Shown here one piece after another: positions 1 to 8,150 of a stretch of DNA of 15,087 bases (position 1 is the stretch's first letter; every line of letters begins with the position of its first letter). The notes beneath the pieces were generated by a model. That model searched no databases and was not told where the DNA came from. It saw nothing but the letters and a program-made list of their open reading frames with translations. The stretch comes from a candidate division WOR-3 bacterium. GTDB lineage: Bacteria; Hydrothermota; Hydrothermia; JBDRYB01. Location of the stretch: positions 1 through 15,087 of the forward strand of contig JBMFOM010000042.1 of NCBI GenBank assembly GCA_049969615.1. The letters run 5' to 3'. The position numbers and the translations under genes were made by a program.

Positions 1-95
1 GCTCACCCGGTTCTCCGACCATATATTTCTATGTGCTTTCTTAGGGGAAGAAATTATAAAGGCCGGGTAAAGTGATATACAGGGGTCTCAAATAA

Positions 96-124
96 ATGAT
101 CCTGCGCAGGAGGTGGGTTATAAT
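96..124 (+). promoter_or_regulatory. Sigma70-type promoter (ATGATC-17-TATAAT) with palindrome TCCTGCGCAGGA (100-111)
   Basis: TATAAT at 119-124, 17-nt spacer, and close similarity to the promoter at 3382-3416. Confidence 0.6.
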
Positions 125-133
125 TTCACTCCC

Positions 134-571
134 ATGACCTACCTGGTTGACGGCTACAATGTTATACTAACTACCCGTTTTAAGGAAATGGACATGGAAC
201 GGGCCAGGGAATATCTGGTCTCATTCTCTAGGGTCTTTGCTCCAGCCGAGGTTATAGTGGTCTTTGACGGAAGAGAAGGAATATTCCAGCACTTGCCCGG
301 AGCGGTCTTCACGAAGGGCGAGAGCGCGGACGAATACATTCGGCGCTGGCTAAGAAAGTGCCCCAACCCAAGGGAGGTCATCGTGGTGACAGAGGACAGG
401 GAGATAAGGGGAACAGCCGGTGCGTTGGGCGCGAGGGTAATGTCAGCTAGAGAGTTTGTGAGGGGGCCAAGACGGCTCACCAGCAAAAAGGAGGGAGGCG
501 GATGCCGCCCAACAAGCAAGGAGGCCGCTGACATAAACCGGGAGCTCATGGACGAGTGGGAGATAACTTAG
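134..571 (+). CDS. NYN/YacP-like (PIN-fold) putative RNase
   Basis: Motifs YLVDGYNV, VVFDG, ESADEYI and VVTEDREI match the acidic PIN/NYN_YacP pattern. Start moved from GTG113 to ATG134 (MTYLVDGYN) because the family starts there and a TATAAT lies at 119-124. Confidence 0.85.
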   Translation: MTYLVDGYNVILTTRFKEMDMERAREYLVSFSRVFAPAEVIVVFDGREGIFQHLPGAVFTKGESADEYIRRWLRKCPNPREVIVVTEDREIRGTAGALGARVMSAREFVRGPRRLTSKKEGGGCRPTSKEAADINRELMDEWEIT

Positions 572-608
572 GGGCAGGTCCCTCTGCCTGTCCCTTATGA
601 GGGCAGGG
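569..608. repeat. REP-like hairpin or possible terminator after the NYN gene
   Basis: TAGGGGCAGGTCCCTCTGCCTGTCCC contains a GGCAG/CTGCC stem. An alternative CCTGTCCC/GGGCAGG stem is also possible. Confidence 0.35.
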
Positions 609-651
609 AACGATCCCTTCGCTTTATAATTTAAACATTCTGGAGGATAGC

Positions 652-1314
652 ATGAAGAAATACCTTCTGATTATCGGGACGATGGTTATGGTCTCCGGAT
701 GCATCGGCGGCATGGGACAGGGTTGCGGAGGATGCATCTCATCCACCGTCAAGAAGGAGATAGAGAAGCAGACAGGCCTTGATCTGGGTGGCGAGATGAG
801 CCATGAAGAGATGGAGAAATACAGGCTAACCGATGCGGATGTGGAAAAATACATAAGGGATTTTCCGAAGCTGGCAAAGGATTTTAAGGAGCTGGGCGAG
901 TCCATAGAGAAGACCCCTGGCAAACCCATGAAGGGACTTGCCACATTGGTGGGTTCCGAGAAGATGATGGCGGAGCTCCGCGCAATGGGCTGGAACCCGC
1001 CGGAGAAGTTCTTCGCTGTCCACTATGCCATAATGATGAGTACATCCTACAACGCCATGAAGGCCGGGATGGAAGAGTTGCCAGGGGACCTCGGTGAGTC
1101 CAAAAAACAGATGGAGCAACTGCTGAACGATCCAAATATTCCCCCCGATCAGAAGAGACAGATAAGAGAAAGCCTCAAAGAAATGGACAAGGTCCAGGAA
1201 CAGATGAATGAGCAGATAAAGGAGCTGGAGAAAAACACGGAGATAAGGCACAACGCCGGGGTGGTTGAGAGACATATGGATGACCTGGAAAGGATGTTCA
1301 ACAAGTTGGATTAG
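652..1314 (+). CDS. Hypothetical lipoprotein with N-terminal CGGC and a helical/coiled-coil body
   Basis: GGAGG RBS at 642-646 and TATAAT at 625-630. Signal peptide MKKYLLIIGTMVMVSG-C ends in a lipobox. An intrinsic terminator follows. Confidence 0.8.
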   Translation: MKKYLLIIGTMVMVSGCIGGMGQGCGGCISSTVKKEIEKQTGLDLGGEMSHEEMEKYRLTDADVEKYIRDFPKLAKDFKELGESIEKTPGKPMKGLATLVGSEKMMAELRAMGWNPPEKFFAVHYAIMMSTSYNAMKAGMEELPGDLGESKKQMEQLLNDPNIPPDQKRQIRESLKEMDKVQEQMNEQIKELEKNTEIRHNAGVVERHMDDLERMFNKLD

Positions 1315-1331
1315 CAGAATCGCAAACCGGT

Positions 1332-1363
1332 AGCCCGGAGTCACCCCGGCTCCGGGCTTTTTT
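1332..1363 (+). terminator. Rho-independent terminator
   Basis: Stem AGCCCGGAGTC / GGCTCCGGGCT with a 5-nt loop, followed by a T run (1358-1363). Confidence 0.9.
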
Positions 1364-1552
1364 ACGCGCGGACATGAGGCGGCCCGGCAAAGCATCGGGC
1401 TTCACCCATTTCCTGGCCATCACAGGAAAGAGGCACGGGCGAAACCGGTTTCCAGTTGTTATTTGTTGGTTCTGACCAGGAACGAACACTCAGACTGTTT
1501 GCGGCCACTCAAGGCCTCGCTTTAAAATATGCGCACGAGAGGAGGTAGAGAA

Positions 1553-3217
1553 ATGGCTGTTCACGACTACAAACCGGTAAAGGCGCCCAGGGGCACCGCG
1601 CTGACCTGCAAATCCTGGCAGACAGAAGCGCCCATGCGCATGTTGATGAACAACCTTGATCCAGAGGTGGCCAAGGACCCAGCAAACCTAATAGTCTATG
1701 GTGGAACAGGCAAGGCCGCGAGGAGCTGGGAGGCCTATCACGCCATAGTTGAGGCCCTAATGAACTTGGAGCTGGACGAGACCCTCCTGGTTCAATCCGG
1801 AAAGCCAGTCGGTATCTTCAGGACGCACGAATGGGCGCCTCGCGTTCTCATCGCAAACTCAAACCTGGTGGGCAAGTGGGCGAACTGGGAGTATTTCAGG
1901 GAGCTGGAAGACCGGGGTCTCATCATGTATGGCCAGATGACCGCTGGCAGTTGGATATACATAGGGACGCAGGGTATCCTGCAGGGGACATACGAGACCT
2001 TTGGCGCGGCCGCGAAAAAATACTTTGGGGGGGATCTCAGGGGCAAAATAGTGGTGACGGCAGGCCTCGGGGAAATGGGTGGAGCACAACCCCTCGCGGC
2101 CACCCTTAACAACGGCGTGATCATAGCGGTTGAGGTCAACCCCTGGGCAATAGAGCGGCGGTTATCGCATGGCTATCTTGACACCGAGGCAAAGGATATT
2201 GATCAGGCCCTTGACATGGCGAGGAAGGCCGCTGACAGGGGGGAGGCAATCTCTATAGGGCTACTCGGCAACATAGCCGATGTCCTGCCGGAGATGGAGA
2301 GGAGGGGGTTTGTCCCCGATATCCTCACGGATCAGACTGCCGCGCATGATCCCCTGGTCGGATATATCCCATCCGGGTTCACAGTTGAGGAGGCCGCTGA
2401 GCTCAGAAAGAAGCCGGATGAATACCTCGCGAGGGTAAAGGATTCCGTTGCCCGGCATGTCACGGCCATGCTGGAGCTCTTGAGAAAGGGTGCCATAACA
2501 TTTGAATATGGCAACAACCTGAGGCGGCTCGCGCAGGAGGCTGGCGTCCGGGACGCGTTTGATATAAAGGGCTATGTCCCGCATTTCATAAGGGACCTAT
2601 TCGCACGGGGTTCGGGTCCATTCAGGTGGGTGGCCCTCTCCGGCGATCCGGAGGACATCTTTAAGACGGACAGGAAGGCCTTGGAACTGTTTCCCCATGA
2701 TGAACACCTCCGCCGGTGGATAGACCTGGCGCAGAAGAAGGTGAAGTGGCAGGGCTTGCCCGCGAGGATATGCTGGCTCGGCCAGGGCGAGCGCGCTGAG
2801 TTCGGTCTCGCGATAAACGAGATGGTGAGGCGGGGCGAGCTCAAGGCGCCCATCGTCGTAGGCAGGGATCACCACGACACAGGCTCGGTCGCGTCGCCTT
2901 TCAGGGAGACCGAGGCAATGGCCGACGGCTCAGACGCGATAGCGGACTGGCCGATATTGAACGCGATGCTCAACGTCGCGTCGGGCGCATCTTGGGTTTC
3001 GTTCCACCACGGAGGAGGCGTTGGCATAGGCTACTCATTGCACGCTGGCATGGTCGTCGTCGCGGACGGCACGAAGGAAATGGATGTGAGGCTGGAAAGG
3101 GTTCTGACGAACGATCCGGGCATAGGGGTCATCAGGCACGCTGACGCGGGATACGAGATAGCAAAGGAGACAGCGAAAAAACACGGCCTGAAGAGGCCGA
3201 TGAGTAATATTAAGTAG
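1553..3217 (+). CDS. hutU: Urocanate hydratase
   Basis: Hallmark motifs [59 protein letters not shown] and [15 protein letters not shown] at 1540-1545 supports ATG1553. Confidence 0.98.
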   Translation: MAVHDYKPVKAPRGTALTCKSWQTEAPMRMLMNNLDPEVAKDPANLIVYGGTGKAARSWEAYHAIVEALMNLELDETLLVQSGKPVGIFRTHEWAPRVLIANSNLVGKWANWEYFRELEDRGLIMYGQMTAGSWIYIGTQGILQGTYETFGAAAKKYFGGDLRGKIVVTAGLGEMGGAQPLAATLNNGVIIAVEVNPWAIERRLSHGYLDTEAKDIDQALDMARKAADRGEAISIGLLGNIADVLPEMERRGFVPDILTDQTAAHDPLVGYIPSGFTVEEAAELRKKPDEYLARVKDSVARHVTAMLELLRKGAITFEYGNNLRRLAQEAGVRDAFDIKGYVPHFIRDLFARGSGPFRWVALSGDPEDIFKTDRKALELFPHDEHLRRWIDLAQKKVKWQGLPARICWLGQGERAEFGLAINEMVRRGELKAPIVVGRDHHDTGSVASPFRETEAMADGSDAIADWPILNAMLNVASGASWVSFHHGGGVGIGYSLHAGMVVVADGTKEMDVRLERVLTNDPGIGVIRHADAGYEIAKETAKKHGLKRPMSNIK

Positions 3218-3228
3218 GCTGATCCCTT

Positions 3229-3267
3229 ATAATTCAAGGCTTCCAGCCTGCCGCAAAATCTGGGTTA
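3229..3267 (-). repeat. Dispersed repeat fragment E (5' part of the family)
   Basis: Reverse complement matches 6942-6980 at 31/39 without gaps (hand alignment). Confidence 0.7.
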
Positions 3268-3387
3268 GAATGTCCGTGTCCTTTGTTATAACTTGAGAAT
3301 CTCAATTTTTGCTCCGGGACCGATAAACCCTTGGCCCAACTTGGCTAGGGCCAAGAAGGGTCAAGGGGGTGAAGGATCACCAAATAC

Positions 3388-3416
3388 TTGATCCTGCACA
3401 GGAAGTATGCTATAAT
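3388..3416 (+). promoter_or_regulatory. Sigma70-type promoter of fprA (TTGATC-17-TATAAT, extended -10 TGc)
   Basis: TTGATC at 3388-3393, TATAAT at 3411-3416 and an AGGAG RBS before ATG3448. Palindrome TCCTG-CA-CAGGA at 3392-3403. Confidence 0.8.
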
Positions 3417-3447
3417 ATATCTCTTTAATAGGTGACAGGAGCCTATC

Positions 3448-4635
3448 ATGCCAAGGGAGATAACGAACGGAATTTTCTGGGTCGGTGCGAAAGATTTTTC
3501 CCTGCGTGACTTTCACAGCTACAAGACCACGAAGGGAACCACATATAACGCGTATCTTATAAAGGCAAATAAGTCCGCGCTTGTTGACACGGTCAAGGAA
3601 CCCCATTTTGACCAGATGGTCAGACGAATTGAAGCTCTTCTGCCCCTTAAAGACCTTGACTATCTGGTTGTTAACCACTGCGAGCTTGACCACATGGGAT
3701 CAGTGGAGCGTCTTTTGGCTCTGGCCCCAAAGGCAAAGGTGATCACCAGTGCGAAGGGCGCTGAGGGGCTTTTGCTTCACTTCCCCGCCCTGTCTGACCG
3801 AGATATAACCGTTGTCAAAGCTGGTGATACCCTTGACCTGGGTGGAATAACCCTTTCCTTCTACCCTATTCCCATGGTCCACTGGCCCGATTCCATGGCC
3901 ACCTATGCGGCTGAGCTCGGTGTCCTTATGCCAAACGACGCGTTTGGACAGCACTACTCAACCGAGGCTCTCTTTGATGATGAGTCCCCTACCGAGCTCG
4001 TTTTACGAGAGCTTCAGAAATACTACGCGAGCATACTTGATCTCCTTAACCCGGGACCCGTTCAGAAGGCCGTTGAGGCCGTGAAGTCTCTATCTCCCAG
4101 GATAATAGCCCCCTCACATGGTGTGATCTGGCGCAGGGATGTCCAGAAGGTTATAGAACTCTATGAGACCTGGGCTTCCGGCTCGATTGAATCAAGGGCA
4201 ACACTGATCTATGACACCATGTATGGTGCGACCGAGGAGATGGCCAAGGCAATAGAGGAGGGTTTTGAGGCAGAGGGTGTTCCCCTTTCGGTCTATAAAG
4301 CTTCCGTATCTGATTTCCAGGAGGTTCTCACTGATGCCATGCTATCCCACGGGATAATTGTTGGTGGCCCCACCATGAACAACCACCTGTATCCTCCAGT
4401 TTCCTTCTTGCTTGAATATCTGGCAATGGCTTCCAAACGGGATAGGGCGGGTTTCGCTTTCTCGGCCTATGGTTGGGGTGGAGGGGCTGAGAAAGACATT
4501 CTCGCCTATTTTGAGAGGGCGGGGATAAGGCCCTTTGGCGAGGCCTGGAGGGTTCGTTTCAGACCCACGCGAGAGGACCTCACCCTGGGTTTTGAAAGGG
4601 CGAGGGATTTCGCCAGGCTCATAAAAGGCGCGTGA
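3448..4635 (+). CDS. fprA: Class A flavodiiron protein (metallo-beta-lactamase + flavodoxin domains; O2/NO reductase family)
   Basis: GTTYNAYLI, NHCELDH (HxExDH), MVHWPDSM, NDAFGQH, IAPSHG, YDTMYGATEEMA and AYGWGGG motifs. Confidence 0.95.
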   Translation: MPREITNGIFWVGAKDFSLRDFHSYKTTKGTTYNAYLIKANKSALVDTVKEPHFDQMVRRIEALLPLKDLDYLVVNHCELDHMGSVERLLALAPKAKVITSAKGAEGLLLHFPALSDRDITVVKAGDTLDLGGITLSFYPIPMVHWPDSMATYAAELGVLMPNDAFGQHYSTEALFDDESPTELVLRELQKYYASILDLLNPGPVQKAVEAVKSLSPRIIAPSHGVIWRRDVQKVIELYETWASGSIESRATLIYDTMYGATEEMAKAIEEGFEAEGVPLSVYKASVSDFQEVLTDAMLSHGIIVGGPTMNNHLYPPVSFLLEYLAMASKRDRAGFAFSAYGWGGGAEKDILAYFERAGIRPFGEAWRVRFRPTREDLTLGFERARDFARLIKGA

Positions 4636-4652
4636 TTCCGATTCTTCCCGGT

Positions 4653-4743
4653 CCCCTCTTAGAACCCTGTTCACTTGGACAAAGTGTTCCTCCCCCAAAC
4701 CAACAAGTTATTGCTACTTTATTAGAGGTCTCTCTGGGTTATA
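4653..4743 (-). repeat. Dispersed repeat fragment D
   Basis: Reverse complement of 4653-4732 matches 6987-7066 at 65/80 without gaps. It also matches 12910-12959 (TGGTTTGGGGGAG..TTTGTCCAAG.GAACAGG.TTCTAA.AGGGG). Confidence 0.9.
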
Positions 4744-4847
4744 AAAGACTCCAATAATCCCCATTGCCTGCCCGTTGGGAACAAATTAATTATGTCTATC
4801 CGTGTTGGAGTTTGCGAGAGCGCCCGCGTTCGGTCCTATGATGTCGT

Positions 4848-6029
4848 TCAGAACAGACTGAGAGCCACTTCCTTCAACGCCCTTTGGCCCCTCACCGTTA
4901 TAAACTGGCACGCTCGTTTCATTATCACGCCCAGGCCCCTGAGATCGGCCGGGCTTATCCCATACCTTGCCCTGTGCTGTAGTATCTTTTTTGCTGTTTT
5001 CGGGCCTATGCCGGGAACCATGATCAGCTCCTGATAATCCGCTTTTGCTAGGTCTATTGGAAAGCGCTCCGGATGCAATTTGGCCCAGATCATCTTCGGA
5101 TCGGCTCCTGTAGGAACCCTCTCGTTTTCGTCCATCGGAATGTCGTCTGCCGAGAACCCGTAATCCCTTAGAAGAAAATCTGCCTGATACAGCCTGGCAG
5201 TTCTCTTGGGGTTTTCCGGCGCCATGTCCTCAAGAGGGGTCCCGCTTACAGGTCTAAACGGGCTGTAATAGACCCTTTTCAGGCCAAAAACCCTGTAGAG
5301 CTTTTCTGTTGTCACGAGTATCTCTCTGTCCGTTTCGCCCGCCGCGCCAACTACCATCTGGGTAGTCTGGCCTGCCTTGGATTCCGTTCTCTCTATGATT
5401 TTTTTCATCTCCCGGATTGCCTGACCGAGCTGTTCCCTGAAGGATTTGTCCGGGCTGAGCCTTGAGAGTCTCTCCGCGTTCGGCGCCTCAAGGTTAACAG
5501 AAACCCTATCCGCGAGCCTGCAGGCGGCCTCCACCTGCGCCTCATCAGCGCCTGGCATGATTTTTAGGTGCACATATCCCCTGAAGCCGTATTTATGCCG
5601 GAGCAGTTCGCCGGTCGCGAGTATCTCGTCCATTGAACGAACTGGTCCCCCCCTTACCCCTGATGTCAGAAATATCCCCTCAACCATGCCCTTGGAGTGG
5701 AGTTCCATAAAGGCGCGTGCCATCTCATCCGACGTTATCCTGGTTCGGCGCACATCCCTGTCCCGTCTCAATGCACAGTAATAGCAGTTGTTCTCGCACG
5801 CGCTGGTCATCGCGACCTTGAGTATGGGGCACGCGCCGCGGGGGGTCTGGGCCATGTGGATAAACTGCCTGAGTGAGAAGCTTTTCCCTGAACACTTATC
5901 ATCGTGGGCCGCGTCCACTAGTGCACCCAGCCGCTCAAAAAGGCTCATGATCTCAGTATAGAGCGCGCGGCCATGCTCGGTCAAGCACACTCCCTCGGGT
6001 ATGTCAGGTTTCCCCAGATAAACAGACAT
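4848..6029 (-). CDS. Radical SAM protein with C-terminal HhH (putative DNA modification/repair radical SAM, TIGR03916-like)
   Basis: CENNCYYC; GIFLTSG, FRGYVHLKIMPGA, LADRVSVNLEAP, RLYQADFLLRDYGF; HhH motif VPGIGPKTAKKI. Start uncertain: ATG6029 chosen because ATG6137 overlaps the divergent sigma gene. Confidence 0.9.
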   Translation of the reverse strand: MSVYLGKPDIPEGVCLTEHGRALYTEIMSLFERLGALVDAAHDDKCSGKSFSLRQFIHMAQTPRGACPILKVAMTSACENNCYYCALRRDRDVRRTRITSDEMARAFMELHSKGMVEGIFLTSGVRGGPVRSMDEILATGELLRHKYGFRGYVHLKIMPGADEAQVEAACRLADRVSVNLEAPNAERLSRLSPDKSFREQLGQAIREMKKIIERTESKAGQTTQMVVGAAGETDREILVTTEKLYRVFGLKRVYYSPFRPVSGTPLEDMAPENPKRTARLYQADFLLRDYGFSADDIPMDENERVPTGADPKMIWAKLHPERFPIDLAKADYQELIMVPGIGPKTAKKILQHRARYGISPADLRGLGVIMKRACQFITVRGQRALKEVALSLF

Positions 6030-6050
6030 GATCCTGCGCTTGAAATGGGT

Positions 6051-6082
6051 TGTAACGAAACCTCCCTTTCCTGCGTCATAAT
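6051..6082 (+). promoter_or_regulatory. Putative ECF autoregulatory promoter TGTAAC-N17-CGTC(ATAAT)
   Basis: TGTAAC at 6051-6056 and CGTC at 6074-6077 resemble the AAC/CGT promoter class of B. subtilis SigX/SigW/SigM. The site lies directly upstream of the ECF gene. Confidence 0.6.
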
Positions 6083-6088
6083 ATACAG

Positions 6089-6622
6089 GTGGATGATGAA
6101 CGGCTGGTTGAGAGGGCAAAGAGGGGCCATGTGCCATCTTTTGAGGAGCTGGTCATGAGATACTCGCGCATGGTTTTTGCCGCGACCTATGCTGTTCTTG
6201 AGGACACCGAGGCCGCGATGGACGCCTCGCAGGAAGCTTTCCTGAAGGCATATTTGGGTATCAGGAATTTCAAGGGCCAATCCCGGTTCTCAACCTGGCT
6301 CTACTCAATAGCCAGAAACTGCGCTCTTGACATGGCCAGGCGCAGATTGAGGAGCCTTACCGATAGCCTGGAAGATGTCCCAGAGCCGTCAGAAACCCCT
6401 GACAGGAGAGGAATGATTCTGGAAGAAGCCATGAAAACCCTTGATGAGCGTGAGCGAGAGGTGCTCAGCCTTTATTACAAAGGAGGGTTTTCCTCGGTGG
6501 AGATAGGCGAGATGCTTGGTTTAACCGAGGGCAATGTTCGGGTTGTAATGTTCAGAGCCAGAAAGAAACTGCGCGAGGCGCTGAGAGGCAAAGAGGATGA
6601 ACTGCTCGGAAGCGAAAGATAG
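6089..6622 (+). CDS. ECF RNA polymerase sigma factor (SigW/RpoE-like)
   Basis: Region 2 (DASQEAFLKAY...FKGQSRFSTWLYSIARN) and region 4 (EIGEMLGLTEGNVRVVMFRARKKL). Confidence 0.95.
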   Translation: MDDERLVERAKRGHVPSFEELVMRYSRMVFAATYAVLEDTEAAMDASQEAFLKAYLGIRNFKGQSRFSTWLYSIARNCALDMARRRLRSLTDSLEDVPEPSETPDRRGMILEEAMKTLDEREREVLSLYYKGGFSSVEIGEMLGLTEGNVRVVMFRARKKLREALRGKEDELLGSER

Positions 6623-6944
6623 GATCCCGCAGTATCTCGCGGGCTTGCTTGACGACCCCGGTGAGCTCCTGGAGCACATGGAGTCCTGCCCTGTCTGCCG
6701 CATGGAGCTGGAGATATACCGGAGGTTGGATGCCTTGCTCTCGTTTCCGCAGATGCCTCCGGACCTGCCAGGCCAGATCATTGAACGAATCAGGGTTTTC
6801 GGGCCAAGCCTTGCTGTTGTGGGTTGGGATGCTATTACCTGGATAGGTGCTGGCCTTGGTGCTTCTCTCGCTATATGGCTCGTGATGTTGACAAACCTTA
6901 ACTCCATAAGGGACATTATCAGGTTCATTCTGGCCGCTTTATAA
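6597..6944 (+). CDS. Zinc-binding (ZAS/zf-HC2) membrane anti-sigma factor
   Basis: MNC...HMESCPVC (HxxxCxxC) and a C-terminal hydrophobic helix. Overlaps the end of the sigma gene. Confidence 0.9.
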   Translation: MNCSEAKDRIPQYLAGLLDDPGELLEHMESCPVCRMELEIYRRLDALLSFPQMPPDLPGQIIERIRVFGPSLAVVGWDAITWIGAGLGASLAIWLVMLTNLNSIRDIIRFILAAL

Positions 6945-7174
6945 CCCGGATTGAGCGGTAAGTTGTGAGCCTTGAATTATCAACGGGAGACCTTCGATAA
7001 AGTAGCAATAACTCACTGGTTTGAATTAGGGGCACTTTGTCCAAAAGAACAAGGTTCTAAGAGGGGCCACCTGAAAAATCCCGACACGAGGGCATTTCAT
7101 CAGGATTTTCTTCCAGCTATGGTGAGGCTCCCAGATGGGGACAAAGGGCAAACCGGAATTCTTCAGGGGTTTCA
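6942..7174 (+). repeat. Dispersed repeat, longest copy A (~230 bp)
   Basis: Successive segments match 3229-3267(-), 4653-4732(-), 12909-13066(+) and 8591-8667(+). Internal inverted repeat at 7070-7083 / 7154-7167. Confidence 0.9.
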
Positions 7175-7321
7175 TAGGGTCTTCACCGAGGCCTTGCTCT
7201 GCCTTGACCGATTGTGAGGAGAACACGCTAAGTTGTTGTGCCCCAAGAACTTACAGGCTATCCTAAATCAGACCTTGCCTCTGGGAAGTGGGAATATGTG
7301 AGAGCTCAGGGAACCATTTGA

Positions 7322-7350
7322 TTGCGTGGCCATGCACCTTCCGTTATAAT
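7322..7350 (+). promoter_or_regulatory. Sigma70-type promoter TTGCGT-17-TATAAT, probably giving a leaderless mRNA
   Basis: TATAAT at 7345-7350 lies 8 nt before ATG7359, with no Shine-Dalgarno. Confidence 0.65.
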
Positions 7351-7358
7351 TTGCCCGT

Positions 7359-8150
7359 ATGGACATATACATCGCTTCTGTAATTATGGGCATAGCCCTA
7401 GCCGCGACGACCAGGCTCAAAATGACCCTCCCATTTCTCATCCTCGGCATCGCCATAAAGCTCAACTGGGGCATGGTTCATCCTACCGTTGGAACCGAGT
7501 GGCTGGGTTCATGGCCGGCCCTAATCTGCTTCGGGGTAGCCGTGGTTCTTGAGATAGTAGCTGATAATATCCCGGCGGTTGAGCACGGGCTTGATGTAGC
7601 CGAGGGGTTCATTTCCCCCGTAGCCGGCGCTTTCATCGTGATAGCCACCTCGGGCATGGCTAAGTTTGACCCCCTAATGACCCTTGTCCTCGGCCTCATA
7701 GGCGCTGGTGTAGGGGCCGGAGCCTATCTCGCGCACAATATACCCAAGCGCGGAGCAAGGGAAATCTCTGGCGGATCTTTCACGGGAGCGTCATTCCTCT
7801 CCAGCATATCCGAAACCGGCCTCGGGGCCGCTGAGGCCTTCATAGCGGTCAACTGGCCGTGGATAGCGCTTGGGCTTGCCGTCCTGAGTCTCGTCGCTGG
7901 TTGGCTTCTGTTCATCTTGCTGAAAAAGAGGCCCGGTCTCATATCCATCCTGGTGGGATTGATCTCCCTGTGTGGGCTGGTTCCCGCGCTATTACCATTC
8001 CTGGGGATACTGGCCTGGTTCACTTTGGCCTGGAGCTTCATCGGCCTTGTGGTGGCCGCCAGGGCCCGGAGCTGGGCTGGTGCTATCCTGAACTTCCTGG
8101 CGCTTCTCTTGTCCCTAGTAAGAGTGATAGTGGGGCTAGGAGTATTCTAG
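7359..8150 (+). CDS. DUF4126-family membrane protein with extra C-terminal TM helices
   Basis: WLGSWPALICFGVAVVLEIVADNIPAVEHGLD...ISPVAGA pattern of DUF4126; strongly hydrophobic. Confidence 0.8.
   Translation: MDIYIASVIMGIALAATTRLKMTLPFLILGIAIKLNWGMVHPTVGTEWLGSWPALICFGVAVVLEIVADNIPAVEHGLDVAEGFISPVAGAFIVIATSGMAKFDPLMTLVLGLIGAGVGAGAYLAHNIPKRGAREISGGSFTGASFLSSISETGLGAAEAFIAVNWPWIALGLAVLSLVAGWLLFILLKKRPGLISILVGLISLCGLVPALLPFLGILAWFTLAWSFIGLVVAARARSWAGAILNFLALLLSLVRVIVGLGVF

Noticed and set aside
134-571. NYN gene as a toxin-antitoxin or defence module
   Set aside because: No antitoxin or defence partner is visible, and stand-alone YacP-like genes are common.
1397-1408. GGGCTTCACCCA matching the end of repeat B as a sixth copy
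   Set aside because: Only 12 nt match and the flanks do not align, so chance cannot be excluded.
1792-2875. Antisense and alternate-frame ORFs inside hutU (likewise inside fprA, acr3, the permease and the flippase)
   Set aside because: Shadow ORFs of GC-rich coding sequence with no recognisable motifs.
6030-6137. N-terminal extension of the radical SAM protein
   Set aside because: It overlaps the ECF gene and its promoter on the opposite strand.
6972-7226. Small paralogous ORFs (6972-7217+, 7026-7226-, 8459-8668-, 12793-13071-, 12805-13155+) as a protein family
   Set aside because: Their similarity comes from the DNA repeat. Starts and stops are not conserved, indels shift the frame, and substitutions do not concentrate in one codon position.
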